From positions 640 to 64,639 of the forward strand of contig JBIQJX010000005.1 in the NCBI GenBank assembly GCA_044507105.1: a stretch of 64,000 nucleotides of DNA, in the 5' to 3' direction. The stretch comes from Nitrosomonas sp. (GTDB taxonomy: Bacteria > Pseudomonadota > Gammaproteobacteria > Burkholderiales > Nitrosomonadaceae). The notes beneath the pieces were generated by a model, which saw only the letters and a program-made list of their open reading frames with translations, made no database searches and was not told the origin of the DNA. Positions 1 through 15,605 of the stretch are shown piece by piece (position 1 is the stretch's first letter; every line of letters starts with the position of its first letter). Position numbers and translations under genes: made by a program.

Positions 1-112
1 CGGTAATCTGTTCATGCATTTTCATTACTCCCAGCCAGCCGCCTTTGCCGAACCATAACGGATATTGTGCCAGTACAATAATAAAGGTGAGCAGTGCGGC
101 TGTAGTTTTCAT
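1..112 (-). CDS. ftsB: Cell division protein FtsB (5' part only; runs off the window)
   Basis: Manual translation MKTTAALLTFIIVLAQYPLWFGKGGWLGV...; QYPLWFGKGG motif; immediately downstream of eno. Confidence 0.88.
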   Translation of the reverse strand, partial: MKTTAALLTFIIVLAQYPLWFGKGGWLGVMKMHEQIT

Positions 113-115
113 GAT

Positions 116-1498
<1,383 letters not shown>

Positions 1499-1743
1499 TT
1501 ATGACGCATGTTTTGCTGGAAATTTCACTGATATTGAAGGGATGATCGTTTTTGGGTTTCGTTTCTTGTATAGGTTTTATTTTTTACTGGTAACCTTTAA
1601 TCCCGTGTGGTATAGGGACTCATCCGTGTGTTTATATAATTTTTATTGTTTATCTGTTAAACGGCAGGGGCGCCTCTCAATGAAGCTCTACCTGCGGTTT
1701 AATTCTATACATATTTTGTGTGATCTTCGTTTTCTTTGATAAA

Positions 1744-3444
<1,701 letters not shown>

Positions 3445-3615
3445 CTATATTAACGTAATTGATATATCGAAACAATGAAGCATATCGAAAGCAAGGAGGA
3501 GGGCCGTTTCCCGCGAGAAAGTTGTCTGGCGGCGTGGAACGGATTACACTAGAGAGCAGTAAGGCTAATCAAGATTTTTTACTCACCGATAAACTTATCC
3601 GGTTCTATTGATTTT

Positions 3616-4008
3616 ATGGAAGTCCAGTTTCCGGCGAGACGACGCCCCAAATATTTGAACTTGCTGCAAATCCGGCAGCCGCTGCCTGCTATCGTCTCCA
3701 TTTTGCACCGTATCAGCGGAGTGCTGCTGTTTTTTCCGGGAATTCCGTTATTGCTTTACGGATTGCAAATGATGCTACAGTCACCGGAAACCTTCGCCCA
3801 TCTGCAAACAAACCTGGCTCATCCGCTGGCCAAGTTGTTTTTAATATTGGCAGCATGGTTTTTTCTGCACCATTTGTTTGCCGGTCTCCGTCATCTGGCA
3901 CTTGATCTGCATTACGGCCTGCAACTGAGGCATGCGCGTCTGAGCAGCAAACTGGTACTGATAGCAGGCGCCATTCTAACAGTATTGATAGGGGTATGGT
4001 TATGGTAA
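3616..4008 (+). CDS. sdhC: Succinate dehydrogenase cytochrome b556 subunit
   Basis: RPKYLNL, SILHRISG, HHLFAGLRHL; three TM helices. Confidence 0.96.
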   Translation: MEVQFPARRRPKYLNLLQIRQPLPAIVSILHRISGVLLFFPGIPLLLYGLQMMLQSPETFAHLQTNLAHPLAKLFLILAAWFFLHHLFAGLRHLALDLHYGLQLRHARLSSKLVLIAGAILTVLIGVWLW

Positions 4009-4355
4009 AACCGGCGAACCGAATTGTGACTGGTGCGCATTACGGTTTACGAGACTGGTTTGTGCAGCGTATCACTGCTGTATTGATGGTGGCTTATACC
4101 GGATTGCTGATCGTGCTTGCAGTCGTTTATCAGCCGTCGGGTTATGAAGAATTCAGAGTATTATTCAGCAGCCAGTGGATGCGGATCGCTTCTTTCCTGT
4201 GTTTTGCCAGTTTATGCTGGCATGCCTGGGTGGGAGTACGGAATGTTCTGATGGATTATGCTCATGTCATGGCAGTCCGCCTAACGTTACAAGTAGGATG
4301 TATCGTGGCGTTATTAGCTTATCTGGTATGGTTGGTAGACATTTTATGGGGCTGA
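3996..4355 (+). CDS. sdhD: Succinate dehydrogenase membrane anchor (start may be 4002)
   Basis: [31 protein letters not shown]. Confidence 0.96.
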   Translation: MVMVKPANRIVTGAHYGLRDWFVQRITAVLMVAYTGLLIVLAVVYQPSGYEEFRVLFSSQWMRIASFLCFASLCWHAWVGVRNVLMDYAHVMAVRLTLQVGCIVALLAYLVWLVDILWG

Positions 4356-4356
4356 C

Positions 4357-6120
4357 GTGAAGATTTCACAACGGAAATTTGACGTCGTCATCGTCGGTGC
4401 AGGCGGAGCGGGTATGCGCGCCGCATTGCAGTTGTCCGAAGCAGGCCTCAAAGTTGCTGTTCTATCCAAAGTGTTTCCGACCCGGTCGCACACTGTGGCG
4501 GCCCAGGGTGGAATTGCAGCCTCACTGGGAAATGTGACTGAGGATGATTGGCACTGGCACATGTATGATACCGTCAAGGGTTCTGATTACCTCGGGGATC
4601 AGGATGCGATCGAATTCATGTGTCGCCAGGCTCCCGAAGTGGTATATGAGTTGGAGCATTTCGGGATGCCATTTGACAGACTGGAGAATGGAAAAATCTA
4701 TCAGCGTCCGTTTGGCGGACAATCCCGAAATTTTGGTGGTGAACAGGCCAGTCGCTCCTGTGCAGTTGCGGACCGTACCGGTCACGCCATGCTGCATACA
4801 CTGTACCAGCGAAACGTCAGAGCTAATACCCAGTTTTTTGTAGAATGGTTGGGGCTGGACCTGATCCGTAATCATGAAGGTGAAGTGCTGGGAATTACCG
4901 CGCTGGAAATGGAAACGGGCGAAATCATGATCCTGCGGGCTCGTGCGACGCTACTGGCAACGGGTGGCGCGGGCCGTATTTTCGAAGCCAGTACTAACGC
5001 CTTCATTAATACTGGCGATGGTCTGGGAATGGTCGCCCGCTCCGGAATTCCGCTGGAAGATATGGAATTCTGGCAATTCCATCCGACCGGTGTATATGGC
5101 GCCGGTGTGCTGATCAGCGAAGCGGTACGAGGGGAGGGGGGATATCTGCTGAATGCTGAAGGGGAGCGTTTCATGGAGCGTTATGCCCCCCAGGCTAAAG
5201 ATCTGGCCAGCCGCGACGTGGTAGCACGTGCCCTGACCACCGAGATCAGACAAGGGCGCGGCTGTGGAGCAGATGGCGATTACTTGCTGCTGAAACTGGA
5301 TCATCTGGGTGCGGAGATTATCAAATCGAAACTTCCCGGAATCCGTGAAATTTCTCTCACGTTTGCTCATGTTGATCCGATCACCACCCCTATCCCGGTC
5401 GTTCCGACTGCACATTATATGATGGGGGGTATCCCTACTAACTATCATGGGCAGGTGGTTGCTCCTTATAAGACCAGTCCCGAGGAAGTGGTGCCCGGGC
5501 TCTATGCAGTCGGCGAATGTGCCTGTGTATCGGTGCATGGAGCAAATCGTCTGGGGACTAATTCACTGTTGGATATTGTTGTGTTTGGGCGTGCTGCCGG
5601 TAACCGGATCATCGAAGATCTGGCCCGGAACAATCACCATAAGCCGTTGCCGGAGGATGCGGCAGAGCAGACGCTTGTGCGGCTGTCGCGCCTGGAGACC
5701 CAGAAAGACGGGGAAAATGTTGCCGCGACTGGTGAGGCGCTGCGTAAGACTATGCAGACCTATTGCGGTGTATTCCGTTTCCCTGATGTATTGAAACAGG
5801 GTGTAGAAAAAATCGATGAAGTTGCCGCGCGGGTCAGGCATACTGAAATCCGGGATAAAAGCAAGGTATTCAATACTGCCCGAGTCGAAGCACTGGAACT
5901 CGACAATCTCATTGAAGTGGCCCTGGCAACTATGATTTCAGCGGAGGCACGCCTCGAAAGCCGGGGCGCTCATGCTCGTGATGATTTTCCTGAAAGAGAC
6001 GATCAAAAGTGGCTCAGGCATTCTTTGTTTTTTAGTCAGGATCGGCGCTTGGATTACAAGCCCGTACGCTTAAAACCGCTAACTGTGGAGTCGTTTCCAC
6101 CCAAAGCGAGGACTTATTGA
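4357..6120 (+). CDS. sdhA: Succinate dehydrogenase flavoprotein
   Basis: GAGGAG FAD motif, [10 protein letters not shown] covalent-FAD His, [17 protein letters not shown]. Confidence 0.99.
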   Translation: MKISQRKFDVVIVGAGGAGMRAALQLSEAGLKVAVLSKVFPTRSHTVAAQGGIAASLGNVTEDDWHWHMYDTVKGSDYLGDQDAIEFMCRQAPEVVYELEHFGMPFDRLENGKIYQRPFGGQSRNFGGEQASRSCAVADRTGHAMLHTLYQRNVRANTQFFVEWLGLDLIRNHEGEVLGITALEMETGEIMILRARATLLATGGAGRIFEASTNAFINTGDGLGMVARSGIPLEDMEFWQFHPTGVYGAGVLISEAVRGEGGYLLNAEGERFMERYAPQAKDLASRDVVARALTTEIRQGRGCGADGDYLLLKLDHLGAEIIKSKLPGIREISLTFAHVDPITTPIPVVPTAHYMMGGIPTNYHGQVVAPYKTSPEEVVPGLYAVGECACVSVHGANRLGTNSLLDIVVFGRAAGNRIIEDLARNNHHKPLPEDAAEQTLVRLSRLETQKDGENVAATGEALRKTMQTYCGVFRFPDVLKQGVEKIDEVAARVRHTEIRDKSKVFNTARVEALELDNLIEVALATMISAEARLESRGAHARDDFPERDDQKWLRHSLFFSQDRRLDYKPVRLKPLTVESFPPKARTY

Positions 6121-6169
6121 GCAAAAGAATATTTGAATTTAAGCCGCTGATAAATTTCCAATCCAATTC

Positions 6170-7129
6170 TTGGAGAACATGTTGTTTTCTGTCAGATTGA
6201 AACAGTTTTGCCTGGTAAATGTTGTCTTTCTTTTCCTCCTTCTGCAAATTCCACTGGTATTTGCCGACAATGAGGCGGATTTTATTAAGGCTGCATTGAC
6301 GGGGGATGTGGCGAGTGTGAAAAAACTGCTGAACGAAGACGTTAAAATCGATCTGCAAACCCCGGATGGCTTTACCGCTTTGTCGGTTGCAGCACAGAAT
6401 GGCCATACAGATGTCGTCAAACTGCTACTGGACCGGAATGCTGCTGTCGATCTGACCAATATTCAGGGAGGAACCCCTTTATTGCTGGCGAGTAAGAACG
6501 ACCATCAGGCGATCGTTGACATGTTGCTGGCAAAGGGCGCCAATCCTGATCTGCAGGATAAAAGCGGCTTGACTCCGCTGATGCTGGCTGCAGTCAAAGG
6601 ATATACCGGTATCGTCCAATCTCTGTTCAGTCATCAGGCCAAACCTGATCTGCGGGATGAAAATCAGGTTACAGCACTGCATCTGGCGGCACAGAACGGG
6701 TATGCTGATATTGTCGGAATTTTACTGGAGAAAGAGGCAAAACCTGATCTGCAGGATGCCAATGGGGCTTCCGCTCTGATTCTGGCATCGCTTTCCGGTC
6801 ACTTACCCGTTGTCGAGAGATTATTGGCTCATGGTGCTCAACCCGATCTGAAAGCAACCAACGATTTTACTGCGCTGATCCTGTCGGCTCAGAACGGTCA
6901 TAATGATGTCATTGAGGCGCTGCTGGCAAAAGGAGCGCGCATTGATCTCCAAAACCGGGATGGTGTCACAGCGCTAATGTGGGCGGCATTACATGAGCAT
7001 GTCGGCACAGTCCGGCTGTTGCTGGAACGGGGGGCCAATACCGCACTCAAGAGTGCCAGCGGTAAAACCGCACTGGATATGGCTCGAGATCCCACTATCA
7101 TTGAATTGCTCAAAGCTGAAGAAAACTGA
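6170..7129 (+). CDS. Exported ankyrin-repeat protein (~8-9 repeats)
   Basis: Tandem 33-aa repeats G-x-T-(P/A)-L-x-x-A...G-H...LL...(P/I)DL; hydrophobic N-terminus ending VFA|DN. Confidence 0.92.
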   Translation: MENMLFSVRLKQFCLVNVVFLFLLLQIPLVFADNEADFIKAALTGDVASVKKLLNEDVKIDLQTPDGFTALSVAAQNGHTDVVKLLLDRNAAVDLTNIQGGTPLLLASKNDHQAIVDMLLAKGANPDLQDKSGLTPLMLAAVKGYTGIVQSLFSHQAKPDLRDENQVTALHLAAQNGYADIVGILLEKEAKPDLQDANGASALILASLSGHLPVVERLLAHGAQPDLKATNDFTALILSAQNGHNDVIEALLAKGARIDLQNRDGVTALMWAALHEHVGTVRLLLERGANTALKSASGKTALDMARDPTIIELLKAEEN

Positions 7130-7334
7130 TATTTCCGGCCCGGCAGATTGCAGGAGGCAGGAGATACAGATACAGAAAAATGACAGTTAGAAGAATGGTG
7201 AATATACCGTCCTGGTATCACAGTCGGATCATCCAGGGGATCATTTTTACGGCTATGTGATTTTCCGTGGCCGGAAATCGAAACCGGTAGCATCGTTTGA
7301 GCCGGCTCTGATTTTTCAACCTGATGATTTGTAC

Positions 7335-9635
7335 ATGAGTTTTTCTGATAAACCAATGGCGAAAAAAACTGCCAATCCTCTGCCACCCCGAATCAGCCGA
7401 TTGTTGCGTGAAGCAGTTTCGCTAGTTCTCGGCGGGATCGCACTTTACCTCTCTCTGATATTGATCAGTTTCGATCGTACTGATCCGGGCTGGTCGCACA
7501 GTGGCACATTCCGGCAGGTCAGTAATGCGGGAGGCAGTGCCGGTGCATGGCTGGCAGATTTGTTGCTTTATCTTTTTGGTATGTCAGCCTGGTGGTGGGT
7601 GGTATTTTTCCTTGCAGCGGTATGGTGGGGTTACCGCCGCATCGATATCACCAACGTGTTCGATCCGCGTGTGCTCGTACTGTCTTTCACAGGATTCATT
7701 ACGTTGCTGGTGGCCAGCAGCGGAATTGAAGCACTTCGCTTCCACACTCTCCAGGCATCACTTCCACTGGCCCCGGGTGGTCTGCTGGGGGGGGGGCTCA
7801 GCAAACAATTATCACTACTGCTGGGTTTTACCGGTGCCACGCTTGGTTTGATGATCATTTTTGCAATCGGACTCAGCTTGTTTTCCGGATTGTCCTGGGT
7901 ACGTTTATCGGAAAAAATTGGCGGCGCTGTCGAGGCTGCGTGCTGTTTCATCAGGGATGCATGGATGCTGTGGCTGGACCGGCGTGCGGGGAAGGTTTCA
8001 TTGCATGAACGGGAAACTCATGTCGAGGAAATCAGAAAGCAGCTGCCTCCTCCTGTGCCATTGCATATCGAGATGCCTGAAGCCCCCATTCAGAAATCTC
8101 AGCGGGTCAGCAGGGAAAAGCAGGCTCCTCTGTTTTCTGATCTGCCTGATTCAATTTTGCCTCCTCTTTACTTGCTGGATGAACCGGAAAAAAATATCGA
8201 AACACTCTCCAGTGAGACGCTTGAATTTACTTCCCGCCTGATTGAACGCAAATTATTAGAGTTCGGTGTAGAAGTAAAAGTAGTGGCCGCCTATCCCGGA
8301 CCGGTCATTACGCGCTATGAAATCGAACCTGCTGTTGGGGTTAAGGGAAATCAGATCATCAATCTGGTCAGAGATCTCGCACGTGCCCTGACAGTTGCCA
8401 GTATTCGAGTGGTCGAAACGATTCCAGGTAAAACCGTAATGGGTCTGGAAATTCCCAATCCGAAACGGCAGGTGGTCCGCCTGCATGAAATTCTGGCCTC
8501 GGGGGTTTATGCTGATAATGCTTCTCCTTTGACCATTGCGCTGGGCAAAGATATCAGTGGGCGTCCTGTGATATCAGATCTTGCTAAAATGCCGCACGCT
8601 CTGGTAGCCGGTACGACCGGTTCCGGCAAGTCAGTAGCGATCAACGCTATCATTCTGAGTCTGGTCTATAAGGCGTCTCCGGACGCTGTCCGCCTGATTT
8701 TGATTGACCCGAAAATGCTGGAATTATCTGTTTATGAAGGTATTCCGCATTTACTTACCCCGGTGGTTACTGATATGCGTGATGCCGCCAGTGCGCTCAA
8801 CTGGTGTGTGGCTGAGATGGAACGCCGCTATAAGCTGATGTCAGCGCTGGGTGTGCGTAATCTGGGCGGGTACAATCAAAAAGTGCGAGATGCCGCAAAG
8901 AATGAAGAAAAATTGACCAATCCTCTGAATACGATGCCTGATTCTCCGGAATTACTGGAGGAAATGCCATTGATCGTAGTGGTCATCGACGAACTTGCCG
9001 ACCTGATGATGATTGTCGGCAAGAAAGTCGAGAAACTGATTGCACGGCTTGCGCAAAAAGCCCGGGCTGCCGGTATCCATCTGTTGCTCGCCACCCAGCG
9101 CCCGTCAGTGGATGTCATTACCGGGCTGATCAAAGCCAATATTCCGACTCGTATTGCCTTTCAGGTTTCCAGCAAGATTGATTCCCGCACCATTCTTGAT
9201 CAGATGGGTGCGGAGGCTTTGCTGGGTCAGGGCGATATGCTTTATCTCCCGCCGGGTAGCGGTTATCCCCAGCGTGTCCATGGTGCGTTCGTGGCAGATC
9301 ACGAGGTGCACAAAGTAGTGGAATATCTCAAACAACATGGTGAAGCACGTTACGTGGAAGAAGTTCTTCAGACTGGTGAAGAGGAGGGGCTGCCCGGGGA
9401 GAATGGGGGTGAAAACAGCAAATCTGCCGGCGGAGAATCAGATCCGCTGTATGATGAAGCAGTCAGTATTGTGACCAAATCGCGCCGCGCTTCTATCTCG
9501 CTGGTGCAGCGGCAGTTGCGCATCGGTTATAACCGTGCTGCCAGACTGATCGAGGAAATGGAACGCGCCGGCCTGGTTTCCAGTATGCAGGGCAACGGCA
9601 ACCGGGAAGTACTGGTTCCCGAAAGGAGTGAGTGA
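7335..9635 (+). CDS. ftsK: DNA translocase FtsK (ORF open from 7257; ATG 7335 or 7356 likelier)
   Basis: 4-TM N-domain, AGTTGSGKS Walker [10 protein letters not shown], gamma domain [16 protein letters not shown]. Confidence 0.97.
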   Translation: MSFSDKPMAKKTANPLPPRISRLLREAVSLVLGGIALYLSLILISFDRTDPGWSHSGTFRQVSNAGGSAGAWLADLLLYLFGMSAWWWVVFFLAAVWWGYRRIDITNVFDPRVLVLSFTGFITLLVASSGIEALRFHTLQASLPLAPGGLLGGGLSKQLSLLLGFTGATLGLMIIFAIGLSLFSGLSWVRLSEKIGGAVEAACCFIRDAWMLWLDRRAGKVSLHERETHVEEIRKQLPPPVPLHIEMPEAPIQKSQRVSREKQAPLFSDLPDSILPPLYLLDEPEKNIETLSSETLEFTSRLIERKLLEFGVEVKVVAAYPGPVITRYEIEPAVGVKGNQIINLVRDLARALTVASIRVVETIPGKTVMGLEIPNPKRQVVRLHEILASGVYADNASPLTIALGKDISGRPVISDLAKMPHALVAGTTGSGKSVAINAIILSLVYKASPDAVRLILIDPKMLELSVYEGIPHLLTPVVTDMRDAASALNWCVAEMERRYKLMSALGVRNLGGYNQKVRDAAKNEEKLTNPLNTMPDSPELLEEMPLIVVVIDELADLMMIVGKKVEKLIARLAQKARAAGIHLLLATQRPSVDVITGLIKANIPTRIAFQVSSKIDSRTILDQMGAEALLGQGDMLYLPPGSGYPQRVHGAFVADHEVHKVVEYLKQHGEARYVEEVLQTGEEEGLPGENGGENSKSAGGESDPLYDEAVSIVTKSRRASISLVQRQLRIGYNRAARLIEEMERAGLVSSMQGNGNREVLVPERSE

Positions 9636-9703
9636 ATGCAGTTCGGCCCGTGTACGCTGCTTCGCTCCTGATCAATCATTTACCAGGACAATTTCATCCT
9701 GTT

Positions 9704-10324
9704 ATGTTCCGTCTTCTGCTCATTTCTGCTCTGTTTGGCTGCCTTTTTCCGATACTGGTACAGGCGGCTGCTGGTGAAAGTCTCAAAACCTTTGTCAGCA
9801 AGACGCAAACTTTCCGTGCTGATTTTTCTCAGACGCTGCTTGATAAAAACTTCCAGGTGGTTCAGAAGGCCAGCGGCAATATGATGTTTGAGCGTCCTGG
9901 CAAATTCCGCTGGGTATACGAGCAACCTTACGAGCAATTGATCGTGGGAGATGGTGAACAGGTATGGTTCTATGATCAGGATCTCGCCCAAGTCACGGTA
10001 CGCCGGCTTGATCTGGCGCTGGGCAGTACTCCGGCAGCGCTTCTTGCAGGTGGCAATACCATTGAACACGATTTTGACTTGCAGGAGATCAATACACAAG
10101 GACAACTTGAATGGGTGGAGGCGCATCCAAAAAACCAAGAAGGCACATTTGAACTGATCCGGCTGGGATTTTCGCAAACAGGTATATTGCGCGAGATGGT
10201 TCTGCGCGACAGTTTCGGGCAGGTAACCTGGCTGATTTTCTCCCGTATTGAGCAGAATCCGGAACTAGTCCCGGATTTATTCCAGTTTACTCCGCCGGCA
10301 GGTGTGGATGTAATCCGTGACTGA
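9704..10324 (+). CDS. lolA: Lipoprotein chaperone LolA (ORF open from 9632)
   Basis: FSQ...[33 protein letters not shown]; ftsK-lolA-rarA order. Confidence 0.95.
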   Translation: MFRLLLISALFGCLFPILVQAAAGESLKTFVSKTQTFRADFSQTLLDKNFQVVQKASGNMMFERPGKFRWVYEQPYEQLIVGDGEQVWFYDQDLAQVTVRRLDLALGSTPAALLAGGNTIEHDFDLQEINTQGQLEWVEAHPKNQEGTFELIRLGFSQTGILREMVLRDSFGQVTWLIFSRIEQNPELVPDLFQFTPPAGVDVIRD

Positions 10325-11624
10325 TTCTCATCCCACTCTGAATCCGGCCGCTCCATTGGCTGAACGTCTGCGGCCCCGGACATTGGATGAGATGATCGGT
10401 CAGCCTCATTTGCTGGGTCAGGGTAAGCCGCTGCGGCTTGCATTCGAATCCGGTAAACCTCATTCGATGATTCTCTGGGGGCCGCCCGGTAGTGGCAAAA
10501 CTACGCTGGCACGACTGATGGCCCGGGCATTCGACGCTGAATTTATTGCCCTTTTTGCAGTGCTGTCAGGGGTAAAGGATATCCGGGAAGCAATCGAATG
10601 TGCTCGAGTTACGCTGCAGCAAACGGGCCGGCCGACATTGTTGTTCGTGGATGAAGTGCATCGTTTCAATAAGGCGCAACAGGATGCTTTTCTGCCTCAT
10701 GTCGAGCAGGGCTTGATTACTTTCATCGGTGCTACCACAGAAAATCCTTCGTTTGAAGTAAACAGGGCTTTGCTGTCACGCGCACAGATTTATGCGCTGA
10801 CGGCATTGTCTGGCGAGGAACTTGGCCGGTTATTCAAACGAGCAGTCGGTGTTGCTCTGCCAGATCTGCGGTTTACCGGTGATGCTATTGAGTCGCTGGT
10901 CGCATTTGCTGATGGGGATGCACGTCGTCTGCTGAATCTGCTGGAGCAAGTGAAAAATGCTGCAGAAACAGAAAAAATTGTGGAAATAGACGCGGATTAT
11001 CTACACAGGATACTGTCGCGCAGTGCTCGCGGGTTTGATAAGGGTGGCGAAGCCTTTTACGAACAGATTTCAGCATTGCATAAATCGATTCGCGGTTCTT
11101 CTCCTGATGCGGCGCTTTACTGGCTGTGCCGCATGCTCGATGGAGGAGCGGATCCTCGCTATATCGGCAGGAGGCTGGTTCGTACTGCCACAGAGGATAT
11201 CGGCCTGGCTGATCCGCGTGCATTGACACTTGCGTTGAATGCTTGTGAGGTTTTTGAACGACTCGGCAGCCCGGAAGGGGAGCTGGCGCTTGCTCAGGCT
11301 ACGCTTTATCTCGCCTGTGCTCCGAAAAGCAATGCCGCTTATCGCGCCTATAACAAAGCACGCGCCTTTATTGAACAGGATGGTTCCCGTCCTGTTCCGA
11401 TTCATCTGCGCAACGCCCCTGCCGGACTTATGCAGGAGATGGGCTATGGGAAAGCCTATCGCTATGCTCATGATGAACCGGAAGCTTACGCTGCCGGGGA
11501 GAATTATTTGCCGGAAGGGATATCCGAAATTCGCTTTTATCAGCCTACGACTCGCGGCCTGGAGGCCAGAATCATGGAGAAACTTGCCTATTTGCGGATG
11601 CTGGATGAACAGGCAAAAAAATAG
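10317..11624 (+). CDS. rarA: Replication-associated recombination protein A (AAA+)
   Basis: [39 protein letters not shown]. Confidence 0.97.
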   Translation: MTDSHPTLNPAAPLAERLRPRTLDEMIGQPHLLGQGKPLRLAFESGKPHSMILWGPPGSGKTTLARLMARAFDAEFIALFAVLSGVKDIREAIECARVTLQQTGRPTLLFVDEVHRFNKAQQDAFLPHVEQGLITFIGATTENPSFEVNRALLSRAQIYALTALSGEELGRLFKRAVGVALPDLRFTGDAIESLVAFADGDARRLLNLLEQVKNAAETEKIVEIDADYLHRILSRSARGFDKGGEAFYEQISALHKSIRGSSPDAALYWLCRMLDGGADPRYIGRRLVRTATEDIGLADPRALTLALNACEVFERLGSPEGELALAQATLYLACAPKSNAAYRAYNKARAFIEQDGSRPVPIHLRNAPAGLMQEMGYGKAYRYAHDEPEAYAAGENYLPEGISEIRFYQPTTRGLEARIMEKLAYLRMLDEQAKK

Positions 11625-11788
11625 GTCGGTAAGAGCCCCCGGTTCTGATTTTTTTTCCCTGGAGACTGCACGGAGCACGTAATCGGGCGCGTAGCAGCTT
11701 TACCCCTCGGGTTAATGGGGCAGGCAACAGGCTCATGATCCGTCAGGATTCCCCAAGATCAATAAGTGATCAACTGCAGTTTCAGGTT

Positions 11789-12463
11789 TTACTTCAGTCT
11801 GCCGTCGACCAGTTGTAATACCCGGTTTGCGCGGCTGGCGAGTTGCGTGTCGTGAGTGACAATGATCAGTGCTGCATTGGCTTGGTGATTGAGTTCCAGC
11901 ATCAGCTCGAATACGCTTTCAGCGGTATGTCGATCAAGATTACCAGTTGGTTCATCTGCCAGCACGCAAGCCGGCCGGGTAACTAGCGCACGCGCGACAG
12001 CCGCACGCTGGCGCTCCCCACCAGACAGCTCGCCCGGAGTATGCGTGAGCCGGTGACCCAGACCCACCCGTTTCAGTATTTCTGCTGCCTGTTCCATGGC
12101 TGTTTGCTTATTCATTCGCCGGATGAACAATGGCATTGCAACATTTTCCTGGGCACTGAATTCTAGTAATAAATGGTGAAACTGATAAACAAAACCAAGC
12201 GCTTGATTGCGCAGAAAGCCCTGATCAGCTTCGCTGATGCCGGTAAATTCCCTGCCCAGCAGCAGCACTTCTCCACGGGTGGGTTTATCCAGTCCTCCCA
12301 GTAAATGCAGCAAAGTGCTCTTGCCTGAACCCGAAGCGCCGACAATTGCGACCATTTCCCCTGCACTCAGTTGCAGATCAATGCCGTGCAATACAGGCAC
12401 TTCGAGATCGCCCTGAAAATAACTTTTATGCAGATGTCGGCAGGCGATGATGGCTTCACTCAT
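11789..12463 (-). CDS. lolD: Lipoprotein-releasing ABC ATPase
   Basis: [36 protein letters not shown]. Confidence 0.97.
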   Translation of the reverse strand: MSEAIIACRHLHKSYFQGDLEVPVLHGIDLQLSAGEMVAIVGASGSGKSTLLHLLGGLDKPTRGEVLLLGREFTGISEADQGFLRNQALGFVYQFHHLLLEFSAQENVAMPLFIRRMNKQTAMEQAAEILKRVGLGHRLTHTPGELSGGERQRAAVARALVTRPACVLADEPTGNLDRHTAESVFELMLELNHQANAALIIVTHDTQLASRANRVLQLVDGRLK

Positions 12464-13703
12464 AGCGTAATGCCTCGGCTGGATTAACTTTTGATGCGCG
12501 GTAGCTGGGATAGAGTGTCGCCAGCAAGGTTAGAACAAAGGAAGCGACCGCCACCGTCATAATATCGGTCAATTGCGGATCAGAAGGAATTTTGCTGATA
12601 TAGTAAACTTCCTGCGATAAAAACTGGACATTGAATAGATATTCAATAAATACAATGACTTCACCTACGTTGTAGGCTAGCAATATGCCACCTAACAGCC
12701 CTAGCAGCGTTCCCAGAATGCCGATCAGGGCTCCCTGAATGATAAATATTTTCATGATGCTACCCGGGCTCGCTCCCAGTGTGCGCAATATAGCGATATC
12801 CGATTGCTTGTCGGTCACAGCCATGACCAGCGTGGAAACGATATTGAAGGCTGCGACAGCAATGATTAGTGCAAGGATCAGCGACAGCATACGTTTTTCG
12901 ATCTGGATCGCCCGGAAATAGTTGGCGTGCTGTTGGGTCCAGTCAGTGTAATAGAGGTCGGCAGACAGCGTTTCGGCCAGATCCCGGATGACGTGGGGTG
13001 CCTCGAACATATCGTGCAGTTTGAGCCTGACGCCGGAAACCTGGTTAGGCGCCATGCGGTAAAGTTTCTGGGCATCAGACAGATGGATCAGGGCCAGGCC
13101 GGAGTCATATTCGAAATGCCCGATTTCAAATATACCAGTGACCGTGAATCGTTTCAGACGCGGGAGTATACCGGCAGGCGTGACCTGGCCTTGCGGGGAG
13201 ATTAGCACGATTTTGTCACCCGGAAAAACACCCAGGCTGCGTGCCAGCTCAAGGCCAATCACAATACCGAATTCGCCTGCTGTCAATTGATCCAGTTTTC
13301 CCATGACCATTCGGTTGGTAAAATCGGCTACCTTGTTTTCTTCATCCGGCAGTATCCCGCGTACGATCACCCCGCGCACTGTTTCATTATGTGAAAGCAT
13401 CCCCTGTACATCGATATAGGGTGCTGCTGCAATGACTTGCGGATGGCGAGTGACACTTTCTGTGATATTTTCCCAATCGTACAGGCTGCCCTGAAAACTG
13501 CTGATCTGGGCGTGTGAGGCCACTCCGAGAATCCGGGCGCGCACTTCTTTGTGAAAGCCGTTCATGACAGACATGACCGTTATCAGTGCCGTCATGCCGA
13601 GTGTGATACCCAGCAGTGAAATGAGGGAGATGAAGGAGATGAAATGATTGCGGCGCTTGGCACGTGTGTAGCGCAATCCGATCAGGAATTCATAGCTGGC
13701 CAC
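12456..13703 (-). CDS. lolC: Lipoprotein-releasing ABC permease LolC/LolE family
   Basis: [41 protein letters not shown]; overlaps lolD. Confidence 0.94.
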   Translation of the reverse strand: MASYEFLIGLRYTRAKRRNHFISFISLISLLGITLGMTALITVMSVMNGFHKEVRARILGVASHAQISSFQGSLYDWENITESVTRHPQVIAAAPYIDVQGMLSHNETVRGVIVRGILPDEENKVADFTNRMVMGKLDQLTAGEFGIVIGLELARSLGVFPGDKIVLISPQGQVTPAGILPRLKRFTVTGIFEIGHFEYDSGLALIHLSDAQKLYRMAPNQVSGVRLKLHDMFEAPHVIRDLAETLSADLYYTDWTQQHANYFRAIQIEKRMLSLILALIIAVAAFNIVSTLVMAVTDKQSDIAILRTLGASPGSIMKIFIIQGALIGILGTLLGLLGGILLAYNVGEVIVFIEYLFNVQFLSQEVYYISKIPSDPQLTDIMTVAVASFVLTLLATLYPSYRASKVNPAEALRYE

Positions 13704-13883
13704 GAAAATTTTCCCAGAGCAAACTAAAGGGTGGAGTATGCCATATCTGCTACATACTTATTTGGCTCATCAGGCTGTTTGCACGGACCAACCAAATTGG
13801 CTGTCCGCCAGTCAAAATATACCTGACGTGACTAAAGGGAGGATGTGCAGTAAGAAAACGAAGTGAATATCAACAATCTGATT

Positions 13884-14366
13884 TCACGGGAGAGCTGTCC
13901 CGTCAGAAGGATTGCTGCGACAGTGTCTGCATAATCCGTGCAGTTCGAGTTGCTGACTGGACAGAGTAAACCCGGTATGTTCGATGCTATATTCAAGCTC
14001 CGCCACGATATGTTTTTTGATTCCGACTTCTTTAACAGTATGGCAGCTGTCACAAATCAGGAATTGCGGAATTTCATGCGGATGGTCACATGTGATATGA
14101 GCACAGGCGACAAAGCGATTGGCTGTTTCCAGTTTATGAACCAGTTTTTCCCGAGTCAGGAGATTCATGATCCGGTATACAGACATTACAGGAAGTGTTT
14201 CGTTGAATTTTATTTTGTACTGTTCAGCAATTTCATAAGCAGATAGCGGTACCGAGGCTGTGAGCACTACCAGAAGTACCTGTTTGCGTTTTGGTGTCAG
14301 TCTGACTCCGGTTGATGAGCAGATTTCCTGGGTTTTCCTGATTATCCGGTCGATATCCACAGGCAT
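13884..14366 (-). CDS. zur: Fur-family regulator, Zur type
   Basis: RLTPKR..LSAYE, VHKLE..NRFVACAH, FLICDSC and GLCRHC; adjacent Zur-box palindrome. Confidence 0.85.
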   Translation of the reverse strand: MPVDIDRIIRKTQEICSSTGVRLTPKRKQVLLVVLTASVPLSAYEIAEQYKIKFNETLPVMSVYRIMNLLTREKLVHKLETANRFVACAHITCDHPHEIPQFLICDSCHTVKEVGIKKHIVAELEYSIEHTGFTLSSQQLELHGLCRHCRSNPSDGTALP

Positions 14367-14685
14367 TGTATTTGATCTCCATTCGATTGAAATCGCAGGC
14401 TGAATGATACGGATAGATGGTATGGATGATATTTGACCAGATCTTTCTCAGACTGGTGTACTACTTTTTGTATCATTTTATGAATTACGCTTTAATTATC
14501 TGTTATCCGCTTGAGCCAGTCTTGCCATTTTGACAGTCTCCCAGTTTATGAGGCTGTTTTTACTTCTCAGATAAAAGCCCGCTATTTATGAGTAGTGATT
14601 CCATTTATTTTTGGATTACCAAGGGGGCAAATATCTTTTACATCAGTCTGGCAGGATCATGACAATTATGACAGATAGCTGAATA

Positions 14686-14700
14686 TGTTATAACATAACA
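14686..14700. promoter_or_regulatory. Zur box, overlapping a putative -10 element of the zevAB-like promoter
   Basis: Perfect TGTTAT-AAC-ATAACA inverted repeat matching the proteobacterial Zur core; ATGACA(14668)-17 nt-TAACAT. Confidence 0.8.
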
Positions 14701-14918
14701 AATAAGAGTGAGCAAGTGCGATAAAATCTGGAGCTGTCTGATAGATCCGGGCCAAATAATTCCAGATTACAATATCAGGATTGAGCATCAAAATGGGATA
14801 TCAGTAAATTTCACGACATTAATTTTCCTTTATTACTCCCTCTTCAGAAAAGAATCCATCTTCAGTTATTTACAGCGATATGGTGTAATTATCCTTATGA
14901 CTGTCAAAATGGTCCACA

Positions 14919-15605
14919 ATGAAATCATATATGGTAATAATATGGAAAAAGATTCTCGTTTGCTGTATAGGATGTATCGTGATGATTCCTCCTTGTGGGG
15001 CACATCCCCATAACTGGGTAACAGTGCGTAGTGAATTTGAACTGAATGATAAAGGTGAACTTGTATCGATTACCCAGATATGGCGTTTCGATTTCTTCTT
15101 TTCCGCTATGCTGATTGCGGAAACTGCAAATGAATGGCAGCAGCCACTACCTCGGGCGCTTGAGCTTGAGGCTCGTCGTATGGTTGGGAATCTGGAGCCA
15201 TATCAGTATTTTTCTGCACTTTCGGTAAATGAACATGATTTCCGGTTACCTGTGCCGGATCATTACGCATTGCAAGTGGTCAGATCGGGAGAACAGGATT
15301 TTCTGGAACTGACCATGCACTTCCGGCCGGAGCAGCGCCCCATGTTTGCAGGTAAGGATGTCAGATGGTCGGTTTACGATCCTACTTATTATATTGCTTA
15401 CAGTCATGAGCATGCAGGCAACGTGACGATTCGCCATTCACCTGCATTGCGTTGCAACACACAGCTCAAGCTGCCGAAGCTGACGGAGGAGTTGATCGCT
15501 TATGCATTTTCACTTGATCAGAATCAGCGAGATACGGATGGTTTGGGACTGGCCTTTGCTGAAAAAATATTGATGAGATGTGAAATACCGAAAAAACAAC
15601 CATGA
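14919..15605 (+). CDS. DUF1007/ZevA-like periplasmic metal-binding protein
   Basis: Signal peptide then HPH at the mature N-terminus; W-x-FD-x-x-FS; YDPTYYI. Confidence 0.82.
   Translation: MKSYMVIIWKKILVCCIGCIVMIPPCGAHPHNWVTVRSEFELNDKGELVSITQIWRFDFFFSAMLIAETANEWQQPLPRALELEARRMVGNLEPYQYFSALSVNEHDFRLPVPDHYALQVVRSGEQDFLELTMHFRPEQRPMFAGKDVRWSVYDPTYYIAYSHEHAGNVTIRHSPALRCNTQLKLPKLTEELIAYAFSLDQNQRDTDGLGLAFAEKILMRCEIPKKQP

Noticed and set aside
6360..7060. CCTGATCTG-like words recurring at 99-nt spacing (CRISPR-like periodicity)
   Set aside because: Explained by 33-aa ankyrin repeats; no cas genes or repeat-spacer structure
7787..7796. G10 homopolymer in ftsK as a phase-variation tract
   Set aside because: In frame (L-G-G-G) in an essential gene; no sign of switching
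14708..15013. 101-aa ORF upstream of the DUF1007 gene
   Set aside because: No motifs, overlaps the real gene out of frame, and lies in an AT-rich leader
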